This document shows positions 50,097 to 63,517 of a stretch of DNA of 63,787 nt, piece after piece. The DNA comes from Octopus bimaculoides. Taxonomy: Eukaryota. The notes under the pieces were generated by a model. It was not told where the DNA came from. It did not search any database and worked only from the letters and a program-made list of their open reading frames with translations. Within the stretch, counting starts at the first letter, position 1. Each line of letters begins with the position of its first letter. The position numbers and the translations under genes are program-made. Location of the stretch: contig NC_068990.1 in the NCBI RefSeq assembly GCF_001194135.2, positions 25,390,740 through 25,454,526 of the forward strand. Reading direction: 5' to 3'.

Positions 50097-50436
50097 TATA
50101 TATATATATATATATATTTGGACTAAGTCTGTGCCCTAAGTTTTGTGAGAGACCTTAATTTCAAGCGACTTAGTCATTAATTTAGCAGCCAGTCATAGTT
50201 GATAAAAGACTAAGGAACACTAACAACGAAAACAGAAAGAGAAAAGAGATTAGTGACAGAAAGTGAAACAGAAACAATTGTATTCAATGACATTGTGCTT
50301 GACTGGGTGTCGCAGAATATAATGGTACCGACTCGTTTATGTATAAACATAAAATCATACATAATTACGTACATACGTGCCTACGTATATATGTATTCGG
50401 AATGTGTGTGTGTGTGTGTGTGAGTGAAAAACATCG

Positions 50437-50476
<40 letters not shown>

Positions 50477-51319
50477 GGGGGGGGGAATGTCTGTGTGTGT
50501 GTGTGTAGGAGACTGACAAGACTACGTATGCAAACATACATTTATATACATAGTACTAGATTCATAAAGACTTGTTCAAAGATAAATGTGAACTTGTGAA
50601 GTTTATCAAATAACTCATGAAGAAACTATTTCAGTTTATTATAGATTTATCTTGAAAATATTATCAGACGTTTTAATAACGACAAACTTATGCTTTATTA
50701 AAATACTTACCAAGTGAATAATCATACTCTCTTGACATGTCTATGGAATATATGTTGAGTAACCTTTATTTTTATTGCTATTTAATGTCACATTCTCTTA
50801 ACAGTCACGCTGTTGTTTACAATAAAATATTCTGTGAATATATCGATAGTAAAGTATGTATTTCCTCGTTGGAACCCCCAGGTTTTCTGTCCTGAAATTG
50901 CTTGGTTAAAAGTTCATACGGGTACAGGAAGATCACTGGACACCTTGTTATGGTACTAAACAGCATATTATGGAGGGCGTTTAAGAACTCAAAGGTGCTT
51001 AAAATATCCCTATAAATACCAAAAACACTTCACACTGGTCTTCATATGTTTGGGCGATCTCCTTGGTGCATGCATTCTTGAGCCTTTAATCACTGCGAAA
51101 GGTTGAAAGAGACAGAAGTATTTGAAACGATGGCTCCGGAAGAAACGTTAAAAGATTATTATGACGTCATAATGGTAGTATGGAAGAATTAGAAGCTATT
51201 TGGACTAGACGAATGATTCTTAATTTTACACGCACACACACACAAACGCATGCACACACGCACACACACAAACGCATGCACACACGCACACACACATACA
51301 TATGTATGTGTATAGATAG

Positions 51320-51351
<32 letters not shown>

Positions 51352-51404
51352 ATAGATAGATAATATGCATGCATACATGTTCATTAATACTTGTATTAAT
51401 ATAG

Positions 51405-52900
51405 AAAAAGGGATCTAAATTTGTGTGTGGAAATTACATAGGAATAATCCTGCTTGAAGCGGTCGGTAAAGCTTTTGCTAAAACGCTTACTTAATAGGCT
51501 AAGAAAGTTGATAAACGTTTGTCTTCCCGGAAAGTCAAAGGGGCTTTCGATCAGGTCGTGGTACAATGACCATGACTTTTTTCTGTTCTTCAACTCCGGG
51601 AGAAATGCATCGAACATCATGTAGTTCTTTACTCGGCCTTTTTCAATCGAACAAAAAACCTTCGACACTGTTAAGGAGACCGTTCTCCAGACCATCCCCA
51701 GCAAACTCGGTTGTCCACTTCAATTGGCAACTTGTTTAATCTCCTCCGTCGCTGTATGAAAGCTTGTTTAAACTCCTTGAAATCAATTTCCACAGATAAC
51801 GGGGTTATCAAATAAGGTGATGTTCTTGCCCCAACCGTTTCATTTTTTTCTTCGTATATTTTATTGTAACTGTCTCGTACGCTTTCCAGGACTGCGACAT
51901 CTGCATCTACATTCGCTTCGGAATCACAGGTAAGGTTTTTGAAGTAACACGTCCCAACTCATCGAACACTTTCTAGGCCCTTGTTCGTGAATTCCTTTAT
52001 ACTGACAATGTAAATCTCGTTGCTCACATCGAAGAAGACATACATGCCATAATGAATGTACTGCTTTTGGACTTATTCCGCCTCCAGGTCAGCCCTCTGC
52101 CGAACCTAACATCTTTAATGGTACAAGGTTGGTTGTGGTTGACTCTTTCGTTTATCTCGGTAACACTCTCTCTCTAGAGATAGATCCCTTGATTCTGAAA
52201 TAAATCTGAGGATCAAAAAAGCCAGCAAAACTTTGGTTGGCTCGAAAATCATATGTAATTTAACAGAGACACCACCATCGAAACCAAGCTCATCTTCTCT
52301 GAATCGTGCATCTTAATTATCCTTTTTTATACTCTTCTGGGTCATAGACGATATATTGTCGCATCAAAGCGTTGGAAAGATTCCATCAAACTTGCTCTAG
52401 CGTGAGCTTAAACATCAAATGGCAGTCTCTAACACCAGACACTATTGTTCTTCAGCAAGCCAACACATTCAGTCCTGAGATGTCCCTCATACGCAATCAG
52501 ATGCTCCTTTCAGCTGGGTACCTTACTAGGATGGAGAAAGTTTACCTAAGCAGTTGTTTTATTGGGAGGGGGGGTTGCAACATAGTAAACGTCAGAGACA
52601 TAAACCCAAGAAGGTTTCAGGAATGTCCTCAAAAGACAACCTTAAGGCTCTTAGTGTGGATGTTGAAGACTGGGAGCAGATGACAGACAATCGATCGGTT
52701 TGGAAAGAAGTGATCTACGATGGTTGTAAAACATTTGAAACATTCCATCATGAAACGATCACTTCGTAAACAAGCCTTGATTTCAATCTCAGGCATTCTT
52801 CTGCCTGAAAATGTTTGTAACATCAGCAGTATAGAATTTGTTTTCCAGAGTTGAACTTGTCTGTCATTTGAGATCTCATAACGGCATTTACTAATTGAAG
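51405..52900 (+). mobile_element. RTE/BovB-like LINE RT region, heavily decayed
   Basis: Fragments GNYIGIILLEAVGKAFAK, a GV.QG.VLAP-like stretch, LLYTDNV (YADD equivalent) and KALSVDVEDWEQMTDNRSVWK. Confidence 0.7.
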
Positions 52901-52918
52901 AAATGGCCTTCACAATCA

Positions 52919-52957
<39 letters not shown>

Positions 52958-53405
52958 NNNNNNNNNNNNNNNNNNNNNNNNNNNNNNNNNNNNNNNNNNN
53001 NNNNNNNNNNNNNNNNNNNNNNNNNNNNNNNNNNNNNNNNNNNNNNNNNNNNNNNNNNNNNNNNNNNNNNNNNNNNNNNNNNNNNNNNNNNNNNNNNNNN
53101 NNNNNNNNNNNNNNNNNNNNNNNNNNNNNNNNNNNNNNNNNNNNNNNNNNNNNNNNNNNNNNNNNNNNNNNNNNNNNNNNNNNNNNNNNNNNNNNNNNNN
53201 NNNNNNNNNNNNNNNNNNNNNNNNNNNNNNNNNNNNNNNNNNNNNNNNNNNNNNNNNNNNNNNNNNNNNNNNNNNNNNNNNNNNNNNNNNNNNNNNNNNN
53301 NNNNNNNNNNNNNNNNNNNNNNNNNNNNNNNNNNNNNNNNNNNNNNNNNNNNNNNNNNNNNNNNNNNNNNNNNNNNNNNNNNNNNNNNNNNNNNNNNNNN
53401 NNNNN

Positions 53406-53439
<34 letters not shown>

Positions 53440-53445
<6 letters not shown>

Positions 53446-54225
53446 GGTGGGTGGAATGTAACTAGGCATCAGAAATTGCTTATAGAATTCTTAGCATCTG
53501 ATTGCTCAGGAGCGAGCTAAGATAGCAGCACACTATGAAGTGTGGAATTCTATTGTCTTGGTTTAGAGATGGTGGTGTGCATGGAAAAGTAAGCATGCAG
53601 CACTACATCCGGAGACAATAAAAAGTTATCATGCGAAGCTGATGACCACGGGCTCTGTGAACGATGCAAGAAGTGACCATCCAACCAAATCCCGATCATT
53701 AGAGAATATGGCAACAGTGCAGGAAATGTTTGATCGCAGGCCGCAAAAATCAACACGTCAAGCGGCTCATGAAAGTGGACTAACAAGACACAAATACGTA
53801 CAGTGTTTCCTGAAGAATTGAATTTTCGTCCGTGGAAACCCCATTACGTGCAGGAGCTAAAACCTGTTGAGACGACGTGGACCTCATGAATAGCATCTAA
53901 GAAGTCCAGATCTCATTCTGTGTGATTTTTACCTGTGGAGTTACACAAAAGAAGTGTACAAAACAAAACCTTGCACACTGGAGGACTTGGAGACATGGAT
54001 TCAGGAGGTTCTCAATGATATCCCAGACGACATCCTTCAGAAGGTTGTTCACTCCATCTCTGGCCGTTTGAGGAAACTGGTTGACGCCACCGGTGCTTAG
54101 GTTGAAATATGAAGATTTACTTTCATTTTCCCATGTAATAAAGAATATTTATTATTTGTTTCAATAAATTTGTAAAAGGAATATGAATTTTATTATCAAT
54201 TTTTAATGCCTACTTACTTTTCACC

Positions 54226-54230
<5 letters not shown>
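53440..54230 (+). mobile_element. Internally deleted Tc1/mariner element (DD37D/DD41D-like)
   Basis: C-terminus RSPDLILCDFYLWSY...YKTKPCTLEDLETWIQEVLNDIP...LRKLVDATGA; right TIR ...CTTTTCACCCTG|TA; degenerate left TIR. Confidence 0.75.
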
Positions 54231-54263
<33 letters not shown>

Positions 54264-55410
54264 ATGTATTTCTATATATGACACGCATATCTATACATAT
54301 AGATACATGAATATATTATATCGGTAGCATAGCAAGGGGCGGACCGCCCCGCCCCAGGCCTCTGTGACCAGGAAATGCCCACGTTTTAGAGAATGTAATA
54401 GTCTCAAGAGCGTGGAATTCGAACATATGTTTTTGTTAAATTGTTAAATATGCAAGCAGAGAGGTGGGAGAAATATGAAAATGGTTTTTTCCATTTTGGA
54501 GAGGTCACTCAAAGGAACTGAATAGATCGGAGACGCAACCGAAAGAGCGAGGTGTATATATTTGTAAGTGGTGTGGTTGTGTATATGTGACTCTGAGAAG
54601 TTTTAAAGGGTGTGGGGGGCGGGATGGGCAACATAACGAGTTGTGTATGTACAGTTGCCTGTATGTTTCAACGACAAGAGAAGCAGACGAAAGTGTGTGC
54701 ATGTGAAGTGTAGTAGCGTATGCTATGCGTGTGAATCGTGTAATCAGTGACCGGGGGGGGGGGAGTGATGCATGTACGCAAACTGTTCTTTGAAGTGTAA
54801 GTGTGCGCATGATGCGGTGTGTACGTTTGTGAACCTTTGACCTAAGATTAGTTGTGTGTGTGTGTGCGCGCTTTGTGTTATTTTAAAGCTGTGTATGTAT
54901 GAACGGAGAACGAGACGGTACACAGTCTGGTATGTATATGCGTGCGTGTGGGGAATCGTGCGTACATCTGTTTGAGTGTTTTTATGAGTGTGTATATACG
55001 TATGTATTCATGAAGGCATTTACGTTACATTTTCATATTTACGCATGTGTAAATATTTACGTTTGTATAAATCTTTACCCGTGATTTCATTAGGTGTTAA
55101 CGCTTGAATGCACGCATTTGTATATACAATTATGTACTCATGCATATGTGTGTGTGTGTGTGTGTGTACATCTCTATTACACGCGACTCTTCATACATCA
55201 TTTACGAATTTGTGCTTATGCCTGTTTGCGCGTTGTTGATGTTGCGCTCATGTAATGGATCCCGTTTGATTAAACGCGATGCCAATTTTCGAGACCAATG
55301 GATAGAATGAATTGAATCGAAAACAGCATATTACTGGTATTCAGTTTTATCTGAATCTGAGGAAGAAAATAAATTAATGAGCAGTGCACGCATAATCAAC
55401 ATACACACGC

Positions 55411-55443
<33 letters not shown>

Positions 55444-56702
55444 NNNNNNNNNNNNNNNNNNNNNNNNNNNNNNNNNNNNNNNNNNNNNNNNNNNNNNNNN
55501 NNNNNNNNNNNNNNNNNNNNNNNNNNNNNNNNNNNNNNNNNNNNNNNNNNNNNNNNNNNNNNNNNNNNNNNNNNNNNNNNNNNNNNNNNNNNNNNNNNNN
55601 NNNNNNNNNNNNNNNNNNNNNNNNNNNNNNNNNNNNNNNNNNNNNNNNNNNNNNNNNNNNNNNNNNNNNNNNNNNNNNNNNNNNNNNNNNNNNNNNNNNN
55701 NNNNNNNNNNNNNNNNNNNNNNNNNNNNNNNNNNNNNNNNNNNNNNNNNNNNNNNNNNNNNNNNNNNNNNNNNNNNNNNNNNNNNNNNNNNNNNNNNNNN
55801 NNNNNNNNNNNNNNNNNNNNNNNNNNNNNNNNNNNNNNNNNNNNNNNNNNNNNNNNNNNNNNNNNNNNNNNNNNNNNNNNNNNNNNNNNNNNNNNNNNNN
55901 NNNNNNNNNNNNNNNNNNNNNNNNNNNNNNNNNNNNNNNNNNNNNNNNNNNNNNNNNNNNNNNNNNNNNNNNNNNNNNNNNNNNNNNNNNNNNNNNNNNN
56001 NNNNNNNNNNNNNNNNNNNNNNNNNNNNNNNNNNNNNNNNNNNNNNNNNNNNNNNNNNNNNNNNNNNNNNNNNNNNNNNNNNNNNNNNNNNNNNNNNNNN
56101 NNNNNNNNNNNNNNNNNNNNNNNNNNNNNNNNNNNNNNNNNNNNNNNNNNNNNNNNNNNNNNNNNNNNNNNNNNNNNNNNNNNNNNNNNNNNNNACGAAA
56201 GCTTCTTACAACTTGGAGACGCTGCGTTCAGTCATGTAAAAACAAATAGTAAATGAGTATATGCATATATACGTACAGGTATGTGCATACCGACATCCAC
56301 CTGTATGTATAGATGCATATCTGGGTACAGGACATTGCAAACAAAACGTAGACGAGAAAACACACAAGCCACATAGAGAACATTCTACTTCATATAGATA
56401 TATATATACAGACTGTCCTCATTTAACGACCGAGTTACGTTCCAACAGCCCCGTCGTTAAGCAAATTTGTCTTTAAACGAATATTCATAGGGTACGTTTT
56501 TTTATATATAGGTATAGTGTACTGTACGTACATATAAAAACAATACCGTACTGTATAAAGTATATGCAGTACAGGACCAAGAATCACTAACATAAATTGT
56601 TGAAAAATTTCTCATCACGTTAGGGGCTGATGATTATAGTCACTATGGGCACGCAGGTATGATAGGATGTACTTCTTTTCATGCGGGCAAGAATACATAC
56701 AT

Positions 56703-56749
<47 letters not shown>

Positions 56750-56758
<9 letters not shown>

Positions 56759-56900
56759 GACGGGCTTCTTTCAGTTTCCGTCTACCAAATCCACTGACAG
56801 GGCTTTGATCGACACTTTCCCAAGGTACCACGCAGTGGGACTGAACCCGGAACAATGTGGTTAGGAAGCAAGCTTCTTACCACACGGCCATACCTGCGCC
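56750..56900 (-). mobile_element. SINE family B 5' half
   Basis: Family head sequence. Confidence 0.8.
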
Positions 56901-57409
56901 TATATGCATATATTATACGCACACACTATCTATCCAGCCACCCATCTATTTACCAATCTTCCTCCTCCTCCTCCTTCTACTTCTTCTTGTTCTTGTTCTT
57001 TTTCTTCTTCCATTTATCAGGAGAAAAACCCAAATAATATAACTACAACTGATAAACTTAGCTAACGTGCACTCCTATTACCGTTAAAGTAGTATGACTT
57101 CCACATAAATTACTCCCATTTTCTTAACGTTATCTTTTTATTCATGTTATAAACGCGTATCTTTTCTCTGTTTTTTTTTTATCTTTTGTATTTTTTTCTC
57201 CAACAAATCTAACTTTTTTATATTGACATACGTTAATATTTTATAAGAGAATGTTTGTGTTTGTGTGTATACTCAAGGGAGGATTTTCCAGTATCTGTCA
57301 TTGGAAGAATAATATTATATTATAATCTTTCATTTCTTTGACAGAACCACTGGACAGATTCCTTCTCTCTTGCCAGAAATAAAGCAAATAAAACCGAATG
57401 AATGCACAA

Positions 57410-58385
57410 GCATGGTTGTGTAATTACGAAGTTCGCTTTTCAACCAAATGGTTTTGAGTTCAGTTCCACTTGTGTTACATCTTGGACAAATGTTTTACTA
57501 TATCCGCGAACTGTCTTTTGAGTGAATTTGGTAGACAGAAACAGTATAGGGATCTTTTCTGTAGTTATCACAATTTTCTATTTCTTTTAGTTTTGTTTCC
57601 AATTGATTTCAAATTTGGTGTACCGATTTAGTTTTGTATGCTAATTATGAAAATGAAATTAAATTTTTGTCATAAATTGGTTTCAAATTTTGGCACAAGG
57701 GTAGCAATTTCGGAGGACGGAGTAAGTCGATTACATCGACCCTAGTACTCAACTGGTACATGATTTATCGAACCCCGAAAAGGATAAACCCTAAAGTGAA
57801 CCTGGGTGGTATTTGAACTGAGAACGTGAAGACGGATGAAATGCCGCTAAACATTTCGCCCGGCGCGCTAACGTTTCTGCCAACAATTTTCTAAACTATC
57901 ATCTGGAATAAACGAAACAGAAAATCCGATTAAGTGTGAAAAATTACATCAATATACCAAATTCGAAAAGCGACGGTAAAGATCCCTGAATGGAAAACCG
58001 TCGTGTGAATATGTGTGTGTGTAAGATGTATAACGTGTTTTTCATTTACATGTTTCAGTCATTTAACTGCGACCAAGCTGGAGTACCGCCTTGAAGGGTT
58101 TTAATCAAAGAAATCGACCCTTTATATGTGTGCATGTGTATATGTGTGTGCATACGCATGCGCGTCTTTGTGTTTGTTTCTTCTCTCCTGCTTGACAACC
58201 GTTGTTGGTTTCTTTGCGTCCCCGTAACTTAGCGGTTTGGCAAAAAAAAAAAAAAGGTCATTAAAACAAGTAGCAGACTTCAAAAGAGTAAGTGCCGGGG
58301 TCGATTTGTCTAACTAAGCCCTTCAACTCTGTGCCCCAACATAGTCGCAGTCCAATAACTGGAACGAGTAAAAGAATAAAAGAGC
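57410..58385 (+). mobile_element. SINE-B interrupted by a DNA MITE (57542-57992) that itself contains a SINE-A (57680-57885, minus)
   Basis: SINE-B breaks at ...GGTAGACAGAAAC and resumes ...AAAACCGTCG; MITE IR AGGGATCTTT / AAAGATCCCT. Confidence 0.7.
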
Positions 58386-58930
58386 AAAAGACGGTAAAAC
58401 AGCTCAGTTCTATCTAAAACTACTCCGAAAGATTTTTTTTTTCTAATGGCTTATCGAAGTCAGTTGTCTTTAAAGACAAATTATCTTAGTAACTAATAAA
58501 ATATTCTACAGCTTTATAAACGTCGACAAGATCACCACACCCTGTTAGCAAGATTACATAATGTGAAAAAAATAGCGTGATCAAACGAACTTTGTAGGAA
58601 TATTATACCCACTCAAAATACTATAACTACGCAAGAGGTTTACATCCATTATTCGCTTTATGTATGGTAAGAGACAGGGAAAATAATCCTCTCCCCTTCT
58701 AATGAAATAAAATATTTATTTCTCCAGTTATAGATACAGGAATCTTTGAATCCTTCTCCCGAGAACACACATAAACACGTAAACGTTATCACATAAATGG
58801 CAACTTGATTCAACTAGCAGACGTTCTACATTTAATGTGTAATTTTGTGTATATATTTTTTTTAATGCAATAGCATACAATGTCGGGAGCTTCCCAACAA
58901 ACAGACATATATGCACACACGCTCTCCCTC

Positions 58931-58970
<40 letters not shown>

Positions 58971-59770
58971 TATATANNNNNNNNNNNNNNNNNNNNNNNN
59001 NNNNNNNNNNNNNNNNNNNNNNNNNNNNNNNNNNNNNNNNNNNNNNNNNNNNNNNNNNNNNNNNNNNNNNNNNNNNNNNNNNNNNNNNNNNNNNNNNNNN
59101 NNNNNNNNNNNNNNNNNNNNNNNNNNNNNNNNNNNNNNNNNNNNNNNNNNNNNNNNNNNNNNNNNNNNNNNNNNNNNNNNNNNNNNNNNNNNNNNNNNNN
59201 NNNNNNNNNNNNNNNNNNNNNNNNNNNNNNNNNNNNNNNNNNNNNNNNNNNNNNNNNNNNNNNNNNNNNNNNNNNNNNNNNNNNNNNNNNNNNNNNNNNN
59301 NNNNNNNNNNNNNNNNNNNNNNNNNNNNNNNNNNNNNNNNNNNNNNNNNNNNNNNNNNNNNNNNNNNNNNNNNNNNNNNNNNNNNNNNNNNNNNNNNNNN
59401 NNNNNNNNNNNNNNNNNNNNNNNNNNNNNNNNNNNNNNNNNNNNNNNNNNNNNNNNNNNNNNNNNNNNNNNNNNNNNNNNNNNNNNNNNNNNNNNNNNNN
59501 NNNNNNNNNNNNNNNNNNNNNNNNNNNNNNNNNNNNNNNNNNNNNNNNNNNNNNNNNNNNNNNNNNNNNNNNNNNNNNNNNNNNNNNNNNNNNNNNNNNN
59601 NNNNNNNNNNNNNNNNNNNNNNNNNNNNNNNNNNNNNNNNNNNNNNNNNNNNNNNNNNNNNNNNNNNNNNNNNNNNNNNNNNNNNNNNNNNNNNNNNNNN
59701 NNNNNNNNNNNNNNNNNNNNNNNNNNNNNNNNNNNNNNNNNNNNNNNNNNNNNNNNNNNNNNNNNNNNNN

Positions 59771-60112
59771 CAGTGGTTAGGGCAGTGGACTCGCTGTCAT
59801 AGGGTCGCGGTTTCGATTCCCAGACCGGGCGTTGTGAGTTTATTGAGCGAAAACACCTAACTTCGACGAGGCTCCGGCAGGGGATGGTGGCGAACCTTGC
59901 TTTACTCTTCCACCACAACTTTCTCTTAGTTTCTGTTGAGCTTGTAATTCAAAGGGTCAGCCTTGTCACGCTGAATGTCCCCGAGAACTACGTTAAGGGT
60001 ACACGTGTCTGTGGAGTGCTCAGCCACTTGCACGTTAATTTCACGAGCAGGCTGTTCCGTTGATCGGATCAACTGGAACCCTCGACGTCGTAAGCGACGG
60101 AGTGCCAACAAC
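59771..60112 (+). mobile_element. tRNA-derived SINE family C
   Basis: A-box-like CAGTGGTTAGGGCAGTGG, B-box GGTTTCGATTCCC, body to ...GACGGAGTGCCAACAACAA. Confidence 0.8.
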
Positions 60113-61309
60113 AAATATTCCCGTGTATTGTGTTGACGATGGAAAAAAGCCTTTTTTGTAGCTTTAATCCAATTTTGTAGCTTGGATCCAATTCACAATT
60201 AACGTGAACTCTTTTTTAGAATTTTTTCACTTGCTCGACTACAACTTGTGTCTTTGGAATTATTCGGTAGTTCCTTAGTGCCTTCGCATTTATTTCAAGC
60301 ATGGGATCTTTCTGATTGGCGGGCGCCACTTGTTTTCTAACGAAACACTTTCAAACTTGGGACACTGGTAGAATGTGTCATATAAAACATCTTTTACTCT
60401 CACTGTTATTGAGAAAATTTTATCTTTTTAAAGTTATTTCGTGTTAAAGCATGTAGGATACCGGTTGTTTCGCCCTGGTCCCTTTATATAATTATACATG
60501 ACCCACGTTGGATTCCTCACTCGTATCATTATCGACCCTGGAGCTTAACTATGCTCTAGCCATAGCATTAACTTAGCGTTTACCCGATACCTTTTAGGTC
60601 TTCCTGACACCAATACCTTTCATATTCTATAATTATATATATGTGTGTGTTTCATACACACGCACATATACAAGATAAGATTTAAATCATCATCATCATC
60701 TGTTCCATGCTGGCATGGGTTGGACGGTTTGACTGGATCCGATGGGTTCAAAGACTGCATTGTCCGCTTTGACATGATTTCTACAACTGGATGCTCTTCC
60801 TAATGCCAACCATTTTACGTGTACGAGGTGATTTAGGCACAAGACCTGCTATTTTAATTTGAAGAGGTTAGTCAATACTATCGGCTCCAGTATTTGATTG
60901 GTACAGGCAATGGTGAAATTTTGGGAAGTACACAAATTTTGGAAAGCCCCACCACCACCACGACGTTTTCTCTAAAAAAATATGTTTTGTGGCACATTAG
61001 GTCACCGTAATTCATTCAACGAAAAAAAAAAAACTCCAGTGATTCCGGGTTGCGGACAAAAATAAGGGGTTTGCGGCACAAAGGAGGTCAAGGTACCTGA
61101 TTGCACACAAAAAAATCCGAGGTCTTTTTTTTGCTTAGTGAAACGCGTGTGGGTGTACTTCTTCCCCAAATTTACTCAGGCAATAAGCGACTGATTGGTA
61201 AACTGCTATTATCAATATTAAACATAAGCAATCGATGTGACTGGAATCTTTTACAGAGAAGTCCTTGCACAGTTAAGTTCATCGTAGTTCACATAATTTG
61301 TTCGTAGCT

Positions 61310-61611
61310 AAACTGTTTCCGGTCCTCTAGACTGAATTATATTGAAACAACCGGAAGTTTGCGAAGGTAATTGTTCAGCTATTGGTGTCAACTGATTCAA
61401 TAGAGAGAAATGGCGGCGATAATGGGCCGGGATGGGGAGGGGACAGAAAGACGAAGTCGATTGTCGGTTAACAATAGTATTAGAAGCAGGAACAGCTGTA
61501 TTAAAGTAGCATTTGTAGTAGGACATTATCGTTTCTGTTGTTGTTGTATTACTTAGAAATGATGAGGGGTGGGTAATGACAGTAGTAGTAGTAGTAGGAG
61601 GAGGAGTAAGA
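61310..61611 (+). promoter_or_regulatory. Housekeeping-type promoter and putative first exon
   Basis: ETS-type TTCCGG (61317) and CCGGAAGT (61351); YY1-type AAATGGCGG (61408); donor GGA|GTAAGA (61606); CpG decay begins downstream. Confidence 0.5.
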
Positions 61612-62184
61612 ACAAGATTTAAGTTAACGATACCAGTGGTGGAGGTGGTTGCCCGATTTGTTTTCTTTTTTTTTCGTATATCTATTGTTAAGTTGATTTG
61701 TTCCATTGCGAAATACGTTCTACATGACACGCGCGCACGCACACACACACAAATAAACAAAGAAACTCGCCAGAATAAAAAAAATAGGAGGAAGTCGGGG
61801 AAATAAAAGTAAAAGGAAGAATAAAGAGTGGCGGTGGAGGAAGAGAGGGTGGATCTGGAGCTGGATGATGTTGGGGGAAATCCTGACGAAGTTCACAAAT
61901 AATAATAATAATAAAAAGCATAACAAGGGCAATAACAACAAAAAGGTTAATTCTAGCATCTGACCTTCGCAACAGGAAACTATTTTGGTAAAAGATTCTA
62001 AAAAACGGCTCCATGGGTAGGGAGAGGAGAAAGAACGTCAGTGATTATGTTGCTACTCCACCTACCATCAGACTTCATGAATGTGTGGTGTGTTCGTTCA
62101 GTTTGTTTGATTTTATTATTATTATTGCTAGCATACCCGTGTTGTCAAAAACACTTGGCTGGGAACCAGTGGTGTGATGATGAT

Positions 62185-62370
62185 GACGTCATATCTGCTG
62201 TTAATGACTTTTTTTGACCAACAAGATGAAAGCTTCTTCACCAATGGGATCCAAGCACTGCAACATTAATGGAAGAAGTGTGTGGACTACAAGGGAGACT
62301 ATGTTGAAAGATGAACCTCATTCAGTCACATTCCATGACTATTTTTTGGTCAGCCTATGATTTTTTCAGC
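62185..62370 (+). mobile_element. mariner transposase C-terminal fragment plus TIR
   Basis: DVISAVNDF...DQQDESFFTNGIQALQH*WKKCVDYKGDYVE, then TIR-like TTTGGTCAGCCTATG. Confidence 0.8.
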
Positions 62371-62389
62371 TGAGCATCATAATTACCTG

Positions 62390-62760
62390 TTTGTTTACCT
62401 TTTACTTGTTTCAGTCATTGGACTACGGCCATGCTGGGACATCACCTTGAAAGGTTTAGTCAAACAAATCAACCCCAGTACTTATTTTTTAAGCCTGGTA
62501 CTTATTCTGTTGCTCTCATTTGCTGAACCACCAAGTTATGAAGATGTAAACAAGCCAACATCAGTTGTCACATGGTGGGGATGGGGCAAGCACAAACATG
62601 ACAGTTTTCTTTCAGTTTTCCTCTACCAAATATTCTTACAAGGTTTGGTCAGCCTGGGTCTCTAGCAGAAGGTACTTGCCCAAGGTGCCATGCAGTGAGA
62701 CTGAACCCATGGCCACATAGTTAGGAAGAAATCCTCTTACCCATGCAACCATGCATATAC
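62390..62760 (-). mobile_element. SINE family B, strongly CpG-decayed
   Basis: Aligns to the 32615 copy with repeated CG to TG/CA changes. Confidence 0.8.
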
Positions 62761-63443
62761 CACATTTTTTTATTTTAGTTATATTTTGTTCTTGAAATCT
62801 TCTTGGATATTGTAAACCCTGACCCAGATCTTGGCTCCAGATATACTGGATCTCCCCCAACACCAATGTTGGTGAAGCTGAATGGGTCTACTCTGAGTTT
62901 ACTTTTCTAAGCGTAAAAGAAAGTAGGAGAGGATACTCTTGAGGTCTTAGATGGGACATAGTAATCTGGACTGTTGTGCTGGATTTCTCACAAATATTCT
63001 TTTGGGGAATTATTCTTGTTGATATCTTTATTATCTTACCCTTTGTTTTGTTGAATACTTTTTTTAAGTGATATAAGCCCCACTTTTTGTGTGGTTGTAT
63101 TCTGTCTTTGAATTGTCTTAAGCATCTTTGGATGCGAGGACCCAATAAACCAAAACCACTGATACCAATTAAGTACTGAAGGGTCAGTGTAAGCAAAGAA
63201 ATTCACTATAACAATTTCTGACCTTGTACCTAAATCGGAAGCTGCCGCCTCCTCCTCCTCCTGTCTGTCTGCCTTCTCTCTCTCTCTCTCTCTCCCCCTC
63301 TCTCTCTCTCCCTCTCTCTCTCTCTCAACCTGTCAGTATTCCTGCTCACATTTATGTCATTATATATGTCTGTGTATATACACACAAACACACACACACA
63401 TGTATGTATGTATATATATGGGTGTGTGTGATACATGCATATA

Positions 63444-63476
<33 letters not shown>

Positions 63477-63484
63477 TGTGTGTG

Positions 63485-63517
<33 letters not shown>

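Noticed and set aside
59771-59830. tRNA gene
   Set aside because: The tRNA-like head continues into a SINE body shared with 43890-44072, and no complete cloverleaf is visible
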